Part shown: positions 52,202 through 64,000 of the stretch, in pieces
Numbering within the stretch: the stretch's first letter is position 1
How the letters are laid out: each line of letters starts with the position of its first letter
Origin: Amphiscolops sp. MND2022
Lineage: Eukaryota
Reading direction: 5' to 3'
Assembly: GCA_964187785.1 (NCBI GenBank)
Contig: OZ076409.1
Coordinates: 38,380,001 to 38,444,000 of the forward strand
DNA length: 64,000 nucleotides
Translations under genes and position numbers: made by a program
The notes under the pieces: generated by a model
Told to the model about the DNA's origin: nothing
The model's database searches: none
Seen by the model: the letters and a program-made list of their open reading frames with translations, nothing else

Positions 52202-55022
52202 GTTGGTTACTGCATTTACTGGAACTCTCTCGAAACTAGCTATCGAAAAGTTAATACTTTTCTTAACAAGAGTTCTTTCCGGAACCACCGCAATTACGAT
52301 CGATCTTCACTGATCTTCGAAAAAAATTGAGCCAATGAAGCAATAGCTATGTCCTATCATGTTGTTTTTTCAAATAAACTCAAACTCATTAATTAAATCG
52401 CTGTTTTTTGCATAAGAAAGCAACCTATAACTTTACGAACGTCCGGGGACTTTAGTGAATGAATAGTTCGGAAACTTATGAGGGAAACTTTCTTTTGAAA
52501 ACCTTGCTGATAAAAACGCAAACGTCACGCTTTTAACGTTAACCTCACCGCATATAGTATTCAACGACCACTAGCTCGAATCTTACCTTTCGAAATCTAA
52601 TTTCTTTAAACTTTCAGAGAAACTCTGAGCAACTGAAGATTGAATTTAAAATTTCAAAATTTATATCGAGGTTATCTATTACTCTCTCGGGCTTGGGTGC
52701 ACTGAAGGCATCAATTCAACGTCTTCAAGTGCTAATTTTGGTAGTGTATTTTTCCATAAATCAGTATTCGACGAAAATGGCAGTTCAGGAAATTTAGTAG
52801 AATGATAAAAAACTTATCTACTTTTATACCAGGGTTTACTTTATAACCCGCTGATTCAAGAAGAATTTTTTTCAAAAAAGTTTTCCAATTTCTGGCTGAA
52901 AAATTGGAAAATTCGTATTTTGGTAATTAATGTTTCGGTATTTCTGTTTGAATAATCAAACGATCTTGTGAAAAAACATGGATAATAGTTTACAAGAAGC
53001 CCAAATCAGTATTCATAACATGGTGCTGGTTATAAATTCATGATTTTTGCCTTTTCTGGTTCTCAGGGTCGAAGAATGATTGGAGACTATAGTGTTGAAT
53101 TTTAGTTGCTATTTTCTTGTGCAGATGAGACGCGGGGTGGCAGATGGTCGCTTTGCGCTTACTTTCGCAATAAGTCGCAACTCATTTGGTGTAGGGCACT
53201 CGATTTCAAAAATTTAACGCTTTTTCTTTGATGTGTTTGAGCGTTAGGTTTTCCATCGAGTTTCCATCAATGGAAAAGTGGAAAACAGCAATTTAATGGA
53301 ACACATTGCTTCAAGAGCTGCTTGAATGATGGATGTAAGAATTTTGTAAGAATCTACAAAAACTCAGAATGTGTTAACCACTCATTCACAGCAAACTTCA
53401 TTACACTTTAAAAAGACAATTATCTTTGTTTCTGTTTCCACATTCTAAGTAAATTTGACGTTTATAAATGAGGGATAGGACAGTTTGCGTGTTAGAGTTG
53501 TTTAACTTATGCAATTTGAATACTAATTAATGTCAATAACTTCAACAGATGTTTATCAGATGATAAGAAGCATGAAAACTTAATTTCAGAATAACTCTGT
53601 TTTTTAATATCATAAAAAACGTCTTAATGCACGATGTTTATTCTCAGTCAACAATCTGAATGCTTCAATTATCATTTTTACATCGGCGGCACAAAAGAAA
53701 CATGGATTTAACTTTTTATCCAATATTTTAAATTTCACAGCCCAAGCTTGACCTCATGTTTAGAATTTGAATAAGTGTGCAAAATTTGGATCTCTCATTA
53801 GAACATTTTAATAGCTTTTTCTGTTTTTTTTATAAAGGTTGCCTTTTTTGTTCTCACCGGGCAAAGCTACCCTGGACTTTGGACTTCCGGTTTGAGTGTT
53901 ACATCAAAAGTGCTTTTTCATGGAAAAACTTTCATCAATCGTCGTGCTCAAAGTGTATTATTTTTTTGCAAAAATTGCAAAGAATTGCGAGATTAAAAGG
54001 AATTTTACAGTAATTCGAGATGCTGTGAATAGCGGTTTTTGAAACAATTGAAAACCTGTTATATTTACATATAAATAGATCTCCCGTTGAGGCGTTGAAA
54101 AGAAATTATTGTTTATGAAAAATGGCCCTGTGCTTTATTTGTATTTTTCCACGTAAGCAGACCTTAGTAACAGTTCCGGAACGCAGGAAGTCCAACAATT
54201 TCTAACAACATGTCTTATTTGATTGCCTTTTTAAATCTTTGTCACATTTTTGACTGTCAATCATTGTATGTGACGTCCAAAATTACCCAGTATTGAACTT
54301 GTAGTGACATTTTTTTCGGACAGCGCCTCTTAAATACAGGGTCTACTTTGAGATAGATAAAAATTGAGCTAAAGTGGAGAGTATAGTATAAAGTTTAGAA
54401 TAATAACTTTAGCACGCATTACACAAATACAATTAGCAGTAATTTTTTATAAAGGACAATATTTATCTTGACCACATCTGGGAAATGTATGAATCCTTAT
54501 AAATTCTTCGCTCGTAACATAAGTGACTTTTTGTTCTTTCATAATCAATGTAACAGATTTTTCCAGCCTGTAAATGGTTGAAGCGGACCCGAAAGTTGCT
54601 TTCTTTCGATTTCAAAGAGTATTTGTCTCTTGTTACAAATAAAAGTTTTTTTCTTTCAACTCCCTGTATAATAGATAAAAAGTATAATGTACAATGTGCA
54701 ATGAACTGCCCTGCTTCGGGAGAATTCTAAAGAAACATGGCATTTGAACAGCAAATTTAAAGATGAAAAGTCTACATTACTTTTTTAAAAAACGTGCCAT
54801 TAAAATGTACAAAAACTGCCGTGGAAGTGAAAAATGAAAAAGCCACCCGTGGATATACAATTTAGCACGAAATTAATTTATAGAAACGCATCTAAATGAA
54901 ATCCCATCTTTCGTGGGAAATAAAACTGTAGTTTCTTCGCTTAAACCATTACGTTATAACACCATTCAATAAATGCGAGTCGTGTTGCAATTTTATTCAA
55001 TCCTTATTTCCTTTCATTCCAG

Positions 55023-55418
55023 GTGAAAGTGTGGTTTCAAAACCGAAGGACCAAATACAAACGCGAGAAGCAACGAGAACACGAAACAAAACGAAACGAC
55101 TTGGATACAATCCCAAACTGCAACATGTTCAAAATCTTGGAACAGTCAACCGGTCAGTACTACACAGCAGCCGGACCCCGCATCTTCACCTCCCCCATCC
55201 AGAAACCACTCCCTCCGAACGTAAGGTCAATGACCCATTCTGTCTTCTCTACTAACGGGGCAGTAACATCCTCCAGCACCAACGCCCCTTCCTTCATTTC
55301 GTCATACGCACCTCCCTCGTTACATGGTAACCCAGTGCAGTTTGCAAAATCCCCCCTTGGGTCACTACCTTCTGCAATTCTACCGTCCTCTTTCTATTGG
55401 ATGGGGGGTCCAAATTGA
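55023..55418 (+). CDS. Vax: Vax exon 3 (helix 3 and C-terminus)
   Basis: Polypyrimidine acceptor ...cattccag, then VKVWFQNRRTKYKR...CNMFKILEQ, stop TGA at 55418. Exon lengths 484+188+396=1068 nt give 355 aa. Confidence 0.95.
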   Translation: MKVWFQNRRTKYKREKQREHETKRNDLDTIPNCNMFKILEQSTGQYYTAAGPRIFTSPIQKPLPPNVRSMTHSVFSTNGAVTSSSTNAPSFISSYAPPSLHGNPVQFAKSPLGSLPSAILPSSFYWMGGPN

Positions 55419-57818
55419 GAAAGGCCCTGGAAAATCACGGAAAACTCCGAAATCTTGCAAAATCTAACTCATATTCCTTTAAATCTTATTACAGTTCTTC
55501 AATTGCATCGCTAAACTGTATAAATGACTATTTATGATGACGTTATAAATGTTTTTATGATATTTTTGTAAAAAAATAACGAAGGACTTTTATTGAGCCA
55601 TATTGAGAACATTCTATCTCGTTTTGGTTGCAGTCAAAAGTTTTATAAATGTTCACAAAATTAAATATTGATTACATAATTCACAACGTTTTAATCTACT
55701 CAAACAGTTTTCAGTTGAAAGTCAGGTCTTTCTTACGGCGTGGGAATTGAATTGAGTAGAAGAATTTCGAAAAAGCTAGTTTTCAAAAGGTTTTTTAGCG
55801 CTTTCTTTTCCTCCAGTATCTCCAACTTTAGTTCCATCACAACGTCCATTGTTTCGAACTAATTTTAAATTCAAGTTAAAAACGTAAGTTTGCACTTTAA
55901 AAGGAGTAAAAAATTAATAGAATGCACATTTTGGCGAGCAAATAGAAGTATAGACGGGAGCTGAGAAAGTTATAGAAAAGGCGAACAAAAAGGCAGGCGA
56001 CTTCAAAAGGTGGGAGAAAATTAATAGATGAAAGACGCGATTTCCCTAAATACAGCCAGGCATGGCATTAAGGACTGCAAGACGGACAATGGGACGAGGG
56101 ATGGAAAACCGAACGGATGATTTTGGAGGGAGTAAGTTGTTGATAAACAAACAGATGGCTGTCAATTGGATTTCTAATTTTGACACCAATACTCGACTGA
56201 CTCTAGAAGTATGGCTGTAAAAAATCTAGTTCCAAAGACGCCATTAAAAATTAAAGCTACAAAAAACACTGTCAATGTTAAGAACGTCACAAAATTTATG
56301 AGCGCAAAAAGTATTAGCAATTTAACAATAAAGGCAATCGATTTTTGTTCAAGTTTTCAAACTGCACTTTGAATTGAATTTCACAGCAATTAATCAAAAC
56401 GGGCTGACTGCATACACATTTTTTTCTCTACGGTGTTCCATTTTTTATCCAGTAACCAAAAAATCACAAAGGCCGCACACAAAACAAGGAAACAACATTC
56501 GAGCCAAGCTGGCTGATGCGAATCATTATATAATTTGTTCCAAACAATTCAATAAGACAAAATAACACGAGACAAAAATGAAAACAAATTCCAGGCATCT
56601 TTTATCTCATTAAAACAAACCATCTTCAGCTCCAGATTTGAGAAAATGAAACTTTAATCTATGCATGAGTGGTCGTGGCACCGGTTTTGTTGACTTGTCT
56701 CTCGAACAAAAACTCCCTCAAAACAACATAGTCAAGTATACGAGTGACGTCGATTTTGCCGGCCCCAATCGGCACCGCAGAAAAATGGCCATGATGAATT
56801 CGAACAACACAGCTTCAGGATGTTTAATATCATTGGGCTCATTAAAAATTGAATGAATAAAGTTTCGCATTTTTCCTCGATAGTGTTAGTTTGAAAACAC
56901 AAATAATCACTCAATTATATTGAAAATTTTGGACTTCTAAGCGATCCATATCTATGGGTTGATTACTGGATTACGGTCATTTCTAAGGTAACTGTATAGG
57001 AGATGCTTTTTGAGTATTTTGTGGACAGTGCTTTTTCTCTGAACGTATACTTTTTTTCTGGAAAAAAGATACCTTCCTAACTAATTTTTCTAAGTTAGTC
57101 GTCGTGCTCATAGTACAAAAAGACAATCAACGAGCACTAATATTTAGATAGAAAAGCTCCAGATAGAAAAGCTCCAGAGTTGCTCCACGATGTTTTTAAC
57201 AGCATCAAAATTGAATTGATTCAATTGATAACGGGTTATACTGTAAATTGGACGCTCAAAACCTTAGGTAGAAAGTACAAGACTTCCTTTTCAGGTACTT
57301 ATTGGTTTTTTTATTGATTGATCGAAGTTTCTCTATACGAAGAGTCAAAATATAAGATCATTTCACGTTCTATTTTTTTAAACCTCGACAGTACACCGAG
57401 AAGTCGAAAAATTGACAAAAAATTGGCAAGTTTTTATCAAAGTTTTATATACGAATAATAGCCGTAGCTCAAATCAGTTTCCAGCTCGGGAAAGTCTTTA
57501 CCTAAGCTTTCAAATGCACACGAATTAGGCTGGGAGTTGTCGCCACTTGTTAGTCCAATAGATTGTCGATAAGAAAGACAAAGTTTCGTTTTCCTTTACG
57601 TGTTTTTTGCGTTTCGTAATTTATTATCGAATGCAAAAAATCGCTGTCCTCAATCACTGTCGAGGTTAAAGAAACTCATCGGAGTCTCTCAGACTCCTCA
57701 CTCTTTTGGTACACCAATTGACAGTGGGATATTGATTTGTTTCTCAGAGAATCGAGTGGGAAAAAACCTGCTTCCAATCGGCGCTTTCGGAAAAGACACG
57801 TCACTTTTGCTGTGACTA

Positions 57819-58591
57819 CCCAGTGTTTCAAGCCATGGTTTCGTTGCCAAGATCCATGGCAAGTTCCTTGCTAGCCTTGCCGAGATCTTGCCATGATCTT
57901 GGCAAGGATACCATCGCCATGCAAGATCGTGCAAAGGCTAACCATGATCTTGGCAAGGATGCCAAGACTAACCATGTTCTTGACAAGGGTTCCATAGTAG
58001 CAAATCCGTTTTTTTTGGTAACTCTTATTTTCTAATTCTATTCATTTTTAATGCATTACTTTCTATTGCATTCTCAAACTTCAGTAATTTCAACACATTA
58101 CCTCAAGGTGAGGTATTAGCAAGATTAGCAAATCATAGCTAGAAAAGATAGTTTTCACACCGATATACCAAACCCACAAGTTGCAATAACTTGATTTTGA
58201 GTTTGTTTTGTATGATAATTTAAGATTGTAGTAACAATGCCGTGCTCTCAAGTACTAAAACTAGGTCAATGAGTGCATATTATTGAGAAGTTTTGGATAC
58301 GTTTCAGTGTTAAAAAAACTTTTCAATGAATAAAGGTTAAGTCCGAAGTTATCACAACGGCTTATTCAGAAATCGGAGACGACAAGAAATTTTTGTGAAA
58401 AGAATAAATTATACGATTAAAAGCAGATCACACGTCTTACCATGGTTATCTTGCGATGATCTTGTCATGATCTTGACAAGCGTTCCATGTATTATGATTT
58501 GCCATGATCTCGACAAGGGTACCATGGTTAACCATGATTCAGCGAGATTAAACATGATCATAGCAAGGGTTCCATGGCTTCGAACACTAGG
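57819..58591. mobile_element. Non-autonomous TIR element with CC(C/T)AGTG ends, TA flanks and CCATGATCTTG subterminal repeats
   Basis: ta-cccagtgtttcaagccatgg versus reverse complement of the right end ta-cctagtgttcgaagccatgg. Arrays of 'ccatgatcttg(g/a)caag' near both ends. Confidence 0.7.
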
Positions 58592-58816
58592 TAATTCACT
58601 TTTTCTTCAGTTTTTTAAGGCTGAAGAGCTCTTTTTGTCACTTCTACAGTCAAGTATTTTATGGGACCTCTTTGGTCTCTTTGAGCCTTGTTGACCACGT
58701 TGCAGTAGATACGTTTTATCCAGAAACATTTGAAAAGGTGAAAAAGAAATGTAGACAGCTAATTGAGAGAAAAAATACTGAAGAAAAAAGTGAATTACCC
58801 AGTGAATTACTCAGTG

Positions 58817-58880
58817 AATTCACGAGTTGATTGTGTTTTTTGAGCCCATAGGCTCAAAAAACACAATCGACTCGTGAATT
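58817..58880. repeat. 64-nt hairpin, 30-bp arms, 4-nt loop
   Basis: aattcacgagttgattgtgttttttgagcc-cata-ggctcaaaaaacacaatcgactcgtgaatt, with a single T:G pair. Confidence 0.9.
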
Positions 58881-59486
58881 TAGCAGATGAAACGTGATTA
58901 TGAAGAGGGTGCCGACTTGGTCCCTTCACAACTTGTTTCCCCATGCAAAGCCTGTTTCTGGGTGACCATTGCGTGTATAATCATTCAGGTTCCAGTTGGT
59001 GCAGTAGTGGTATTTTCCTAAATCTCATTTTAGAGTTTTAGTCAGATACGTTTTTGGCAATCAGATGCAACAAAAATAAATGCGTTTTGGAATTTCTCCA
59101 AATATCCACCTGAAATATTGCATCCTCTGGAATCAAAGAAAAGGACTTGAAGGTCTTTTTTCAAGCTTCCTTAATTCAATCAGGCGGTATGTTTGGCAAA
59201 GGACAGAACTTGAGTCTCGGTTTCAGAAGCATTCTAGAATGTAGTTTCAGGATTTTGTGATGTTTGAGGCCCAACAACTTATCATTGGAACTAGTATGAA
59301 TGAACTAGTATGAATGTTGAATCACGCGGAAGCTGTAGTTCCCATGACGCAACTGCCGTTGTGCAACAGTTGTAGTGTCCATGTTTTCTTTTTTTTTAGA
59401 CCAGAGACATTACACTGAATGTTCACTAATGTCACTTTAGAAATTTCGTCTAGCTTTCAAGAAAGCACGCCTCTGATTATTTGGTG

Positions 59487-59930
59487 GGCGAAATTCTCGT
59501 CTAAAACAACTCCCCGCATTCAACTCGTCGAAACCAACTCGCCGAAATTAAAAAGGCGGAAAACTGGTCGAAAATTAACTCGTCGATTAATAATTGAGTC
59601 TAAACTCGTCGAATAATTACAGATTACCACCAGGGATTAACGAGAGCTAGTTATGGATTAAATTTCATTAATTGATGCATGAAAGTTTCAGTCTTACGCA
59701 TAATATAGCTTTTTTTTAGTTACATAATTGCTCGAAATGTTTCACTTTTATAGTTTAGAGTGTAATACTTCATAACAATTTAGAACTCGATTACACAGTA
59801 CGATCACAGAGTAAGCACTATATTTGTCTGAGATTATTTTCTGTTCTTGCGACGAGTTTTCCGCCCAGTATTTTTGACCAATTGTTTTCGGCGAGTTCTT
59901 TTCGACGAGTTGTTTTCAATGAGTTTTCCT
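59487..59930. mobile_element. Degenerate foldback MITE with 'aactcg(t/c)cgaaa' arrays
   Basis: Left repeats aactcgtcgaaa/aactcgccgaaa. Right inverted repeats tttcggcgagtt/tttcgacgagtt. Confidence 0.6.
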
Positions 59931-62670
59931 ATTTTACATTTTTACCTGACTTTCAAATACAGAAGACAATGAAGTGTCCTCTCTGCGGGCAATTTTCTGT
60001 TTTTCCCTTTCCGTTCACCAATTTTTGTTGGTATAAGACTTTTTTAACCTAATCACTCCTTGCGTGTAATTTGAACATTTTGGAACTTTTTTGGACATTT
60101 CGAGGCATTGCCATCATTTTCTTTTGACTAATCGTATCATGTTGAATATGACTTCTCTATCTTGTTGGTATCATCCATCCGTTTGTCTTTCGCGAGTTAA
60201 AGATTCTATTGACGAGTCCTGAAATCCGCTTGCTTGCATCAATCGAAACCATATACTTTTGGGTGAGAAAGATAAATTCTTCGCAGTGATACTTGAAACG
60301 CCTATTGATATGATGAAAAAAAAGGTCACTGCTATAGTCGGGCATTTTACCTTAAAAGGATAAAGCGCCGACTAAAAACAATATTTCTGCATGAAAACGA
60401 TTTCAAAGCTCGCCAATAGAATCTTTAACTCGCCGAAGCAGCAGACAAACGGAAAAGTTATATTGAATATGATTCCTTTGGACAAAACAAAATGATGAAA
60501 TTATCCCCAAATATACAATGGAATTGGAAGATTTCGAAATTAAAAAAGTTGTTACAATTTCTCAAAAATTCTCAAAATCTGGGATGGTAAAGATGGGAAA
60601 AGTTAAAGTTAAGATCATGATAGATCAATTCTTCACCATCCGAGATTTAGACAATTCAACTTTGCTAGTCGCTGGGTTAAAATTTTATTGCGATTTTCAC
60701 ACTCAAAAAAGGCGTGAAGTTTATGAGGTAACCAACCTCATTGTTTGAATAAAATGTTACCTGAAATGTTTCACGGAAAAAATATCCTTCTTATCTTTTG
60801 TTCCGTTTTCTATTTCACAGAAAAAAGTATACAATTTTTGTCTCCCGTGAATTCGGTCAACACTGATGCAAATTGTTTTATTTTCAGTCAAAAGCGAGTA
60901 TATGCTTTTTTCAACGATATTGCAATTCAATGTAGTTTTTCTCAATAACATTAGGTTGAGGAGGTTCGTAAAAAACCATCTTGATAGAACAAACCAAAGA
61001 AGTGTTCCGTGGTAATACAAAATTATCTTCAAAATTCTTTGTTTTTCAAAAACCATAAGGTTATTATACAATTGTTTCAGGGGTGAGTATACAATTGTTT
61101 CAGGGGTGAGTTGAGTGGCTTCAGAAAAATTGATCGGTGATTCAGTGACTCAAATTTTACCCTTTTGACAGAAACCATATTTTGCCGAAATCTTGGCCAA
61201 ATTGTTTTTGGTGACGGTAGTAATCACTAATGACAGTGGCGCTACCTTCCTAATTTTTTTTAATTCACACTACGTCATCAGAACTTAAACACTCAACAAT
61301 ATACGCAAGACATGCCAATAAAAAAGCAATTATCGCAAATATATAAACTGTAATATACGTCGCTTTTTAATCGGATGTGTTGAAGTGTATTTTGTGTTCA
61401 TCAAACGACAAACGAGCTGGGATAACAAGTATTATAGTGAGTGATTGATATATAATATACAGAATGCAGAAAAACCGAAGCACAAAATTGGTTGAAAACG
61501 TTTTAGAAAAAGATCTTGAAAAGATTTTCGAGTGACCAGGCCCAATTAAAGAGCATTAGAGGCAGCGGGGAGCTGGATATTGAAAGGGTAGTAACGGGAG
61601 CAGCAGTTATAGGAGCTCTAGTAGCGGAAAATTTAAAAGCCGTGGGTTGTAGAAGGCACTTGATTGGAAAAATGAAGGGTTTAAAAGGCACGAAGCATCT
61701 TCGCGTTACATCTTGAGAGTGATGAAGCGAAAAATGAGCACTTATGAATTTCGGACTGGTCTCAGCGAGACATACAAATGAAAGTGTACCACGGGAACGG
61801 TGCTTAAACTTCAATTGAAAACAAGATCAAGTATTTGTTAAATTGAAAGAGCGCCGCGAAAGTAACTATTACTTAATCTGCCGTAAAAGCTCTCATCAAT
61901 TTTGTTTAAACGAGGAGAAGCATTTTATTGTGCATTTTTCATAAATTTCTATTATTTTATCAAGTCTTTTTCGTGTTAACATTTGTTGTGTTCAAGCTGT
62001 GAAAACAGAGGGACAAAACAATTATTAAATTTGGTCTTTTATCCTCTCATTTGCCTTTCCATGGACGGTGACTGAGGAGAGCCTGCGTGCACAAATTCTC
62101 GAATGGAAAGGGCCCTTTATTCGCTTGTCTAATAGATGCAAAATTTCATTATGAAAATTAATGAAATATTCACAAAACAATTTGCGACAACTAACCGCTT
62201 TTTAGAGAAACACTGAGCAAACTTTTATTGTTAATTATAAAACAAAATTGGATGTAAATATTTGACAATGAACAAATGATTAAAATGGTGTTTTAACGTC
62301 AATTTATCCGAATGTCAGGTGATAAATTGCGACTTGCAAGGAAGAGAAAACAAAAATGATGACTTTTCCACTCACAAATTCTGACAAAAAACACAAGTTA
62401 ATCACTTCAGTCTGCCTGAAATTAATTTAGCAATTCACGTTCCAGACAAAACACCAACTATTCCTCTCATTCAATTTCCCCTAACCACTTTCCCCGCCAA
62501 AATATTGCGACTTCCAGCTCAAGTAACCCAGTGGCGACCGCCGCTATTTTTAGCTAGTCTAGCGATGGTAGAGGGGAATAAAAGAAGCTAGGAAAGTAAA
62601 TTCGGATGAATTTCGTTTAGGTGGGGAGTCGTCAGGTTTAAAACCGATCTTCAAAATTGATCCGTTTGAA

Positions 62671-63093
62671 TAGAGTTGTACCGGAATGCGGTATCAGTTA
62701 ATTTATCAAATATCCGGATTTCGGCTACCCGGTATCCGGTTAGAAAAAATGGGCTGAAATTTCACTTGAAAATGGTTCAGAGTCAATAAAAATGTTTCAA
62801 AAATGGTTAATCAACGTCGTCGTTGAATAATTAACAGAACGATTTTCCCGTTCCAGTTGCATCGCGCTGTGTGATCTTCCACAGTGGTAAAATATGGCCA
62901 AATTTCGCCAGTTTTTTATCCATTGATTTGAAAAATATTTTAAATCATTTTTGAAGTAAATGTTCGTGAAAGCGGAATAAAATTGAAAAAAAACGTATTT
63001 AGAACTATCCGGTATTCAGTTAATATCCGATGGAAAAATGTCCGAAATATCTTGGATCCGGTATCCGGTAACTTTTTATCCGGTTACACCCTA
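62671..63093. mobile_element. hAT-type MITE with TATCCGG subterminal repeats
   Basis: Left tagagttgtaccgga versus reverse complement of the right end tagggtgtaaccgga. Many (gg)tatccgg repeats. Flanks gtttgaat / gttttaat resemble a degenerate 8-bp TSD. Confidence 0.6.
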
Positions 63094-64000
63094 GTTTTAA
63101 TCTGATACTTACGTTGATTACTACTGCATGACGAAAACTTAAAAAATACGGCTGTTTTTTTAAATAGAATTTTGATTTGAAAAAATATATATCCAGGCGC
63201 ATCTCAACTATAAAAATGTTCATGATTCAATAAAAACTGCATTTCATGAAAATGTCAACTAAGTACATTTGCAAGACTTGTAGGTTGAATTGATCTTCTG
63301 ATTTCTTTGTTCAAATGTTTTAAAATGGGTACAAAAGGATTTTCCTACTCCGGAAACGTTTATTTTATTAGCAATAAACAATCCATTTCCCATCGTTTGT
63401 TATCACATGAAACACGATCGCATTCAAAAATACTTTTAAAAAAAATCCACCAAAAAATTAGAAAACATTGAAATTGAAGATGCTGTTTTTTATCACGAAA
63501 CAAATGTCTATTAAAAAATTGCTCATGAATACAGCGGAAAACAATTTCAAAGAAATATCACATTTTGATCAATTAATTTGCCCATTTTGAGGTTGAGGTA
63601 AAAGCTTAATTGACGGCCCTTGATTCTACCAATAATCATTTGTTTGGCTCACTATCATTTCACAGCACGTTCATTTCACCCCATGTTCATTTCATTTCAG
63701 GCTGAAATGAAATTTTCAGCCCACGTTCATTTCACACCACATTTTAACTATGTAAATGCGTCTCAGATTAATTACTACTGTCACATTAATTCAATCTTAG
63801 TGCTACCCGAAAAACGTTTTGAATCCAATTACCAATTCGATAATCAAACGACGCTTGCTCACTCATTGGAATACTTAGAAACAAGGTACTGAAAATTTTT
63901 GAATTTTAATGTCAATCGTTTAACATGGACCACTCGCTGCGTATTCGGATCTTCAACTAAGGATGGCCAATAAAGAAAAAATACGAGTTTTTTAACTCGG

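Noticed and set aside
56665..56856. 63-aa ORF followed by AATAAA downstream of Vax
   Set aside because: No recognisable motif, and an in-frame stop just upstream argues against it being a terminal exon.
60400..60748. Possible EF-hand-like fragments (ADKRKSYIEYDSF, DGKDGK)
   Set aside because: Stops and frame changes, no convincing 12-residue loop or splice structure.

Overview
AT-rich eukaryotic (metazoan-type) genomic DNA, mostly transposon-derived, with two recognisable host genes. One is a 3-exon Vax homeobox gene (+, 51101-55418, 355 aa, GT-AG introns). The other is a 2-exon calmodulin-like gene (-, 17078-10469) whose first exon has a +1 frameshift in a T6 run. The most notable element is a young BEL/Pao LTR retrotransposon (28930-36901; 246-bp LTRs identical by eye; ATAAT target-site duplication). 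It carries an extra intact ORF upstream of gag with SGNH/GDSL-esterase-like motifs, followed by two diverged copies of a covarying RNA stem-loop that each match a kink-turn consensus. Also present: a non-coding LTR element with ~1.6-kb LTRs rich in paired ACGT motifs 5 kb upstream of Vax, two decayed Gypsy elements, hAT, Tc1, MULE and LINE relics, a Helentron/DINE-1-like (HINE) repeat family, several TIR/foldback MITEs, a 106-bp perfect palindrome and a 64-nt hairpin. All calls come from reading the sequence by eye; no searches or folding programs were run.
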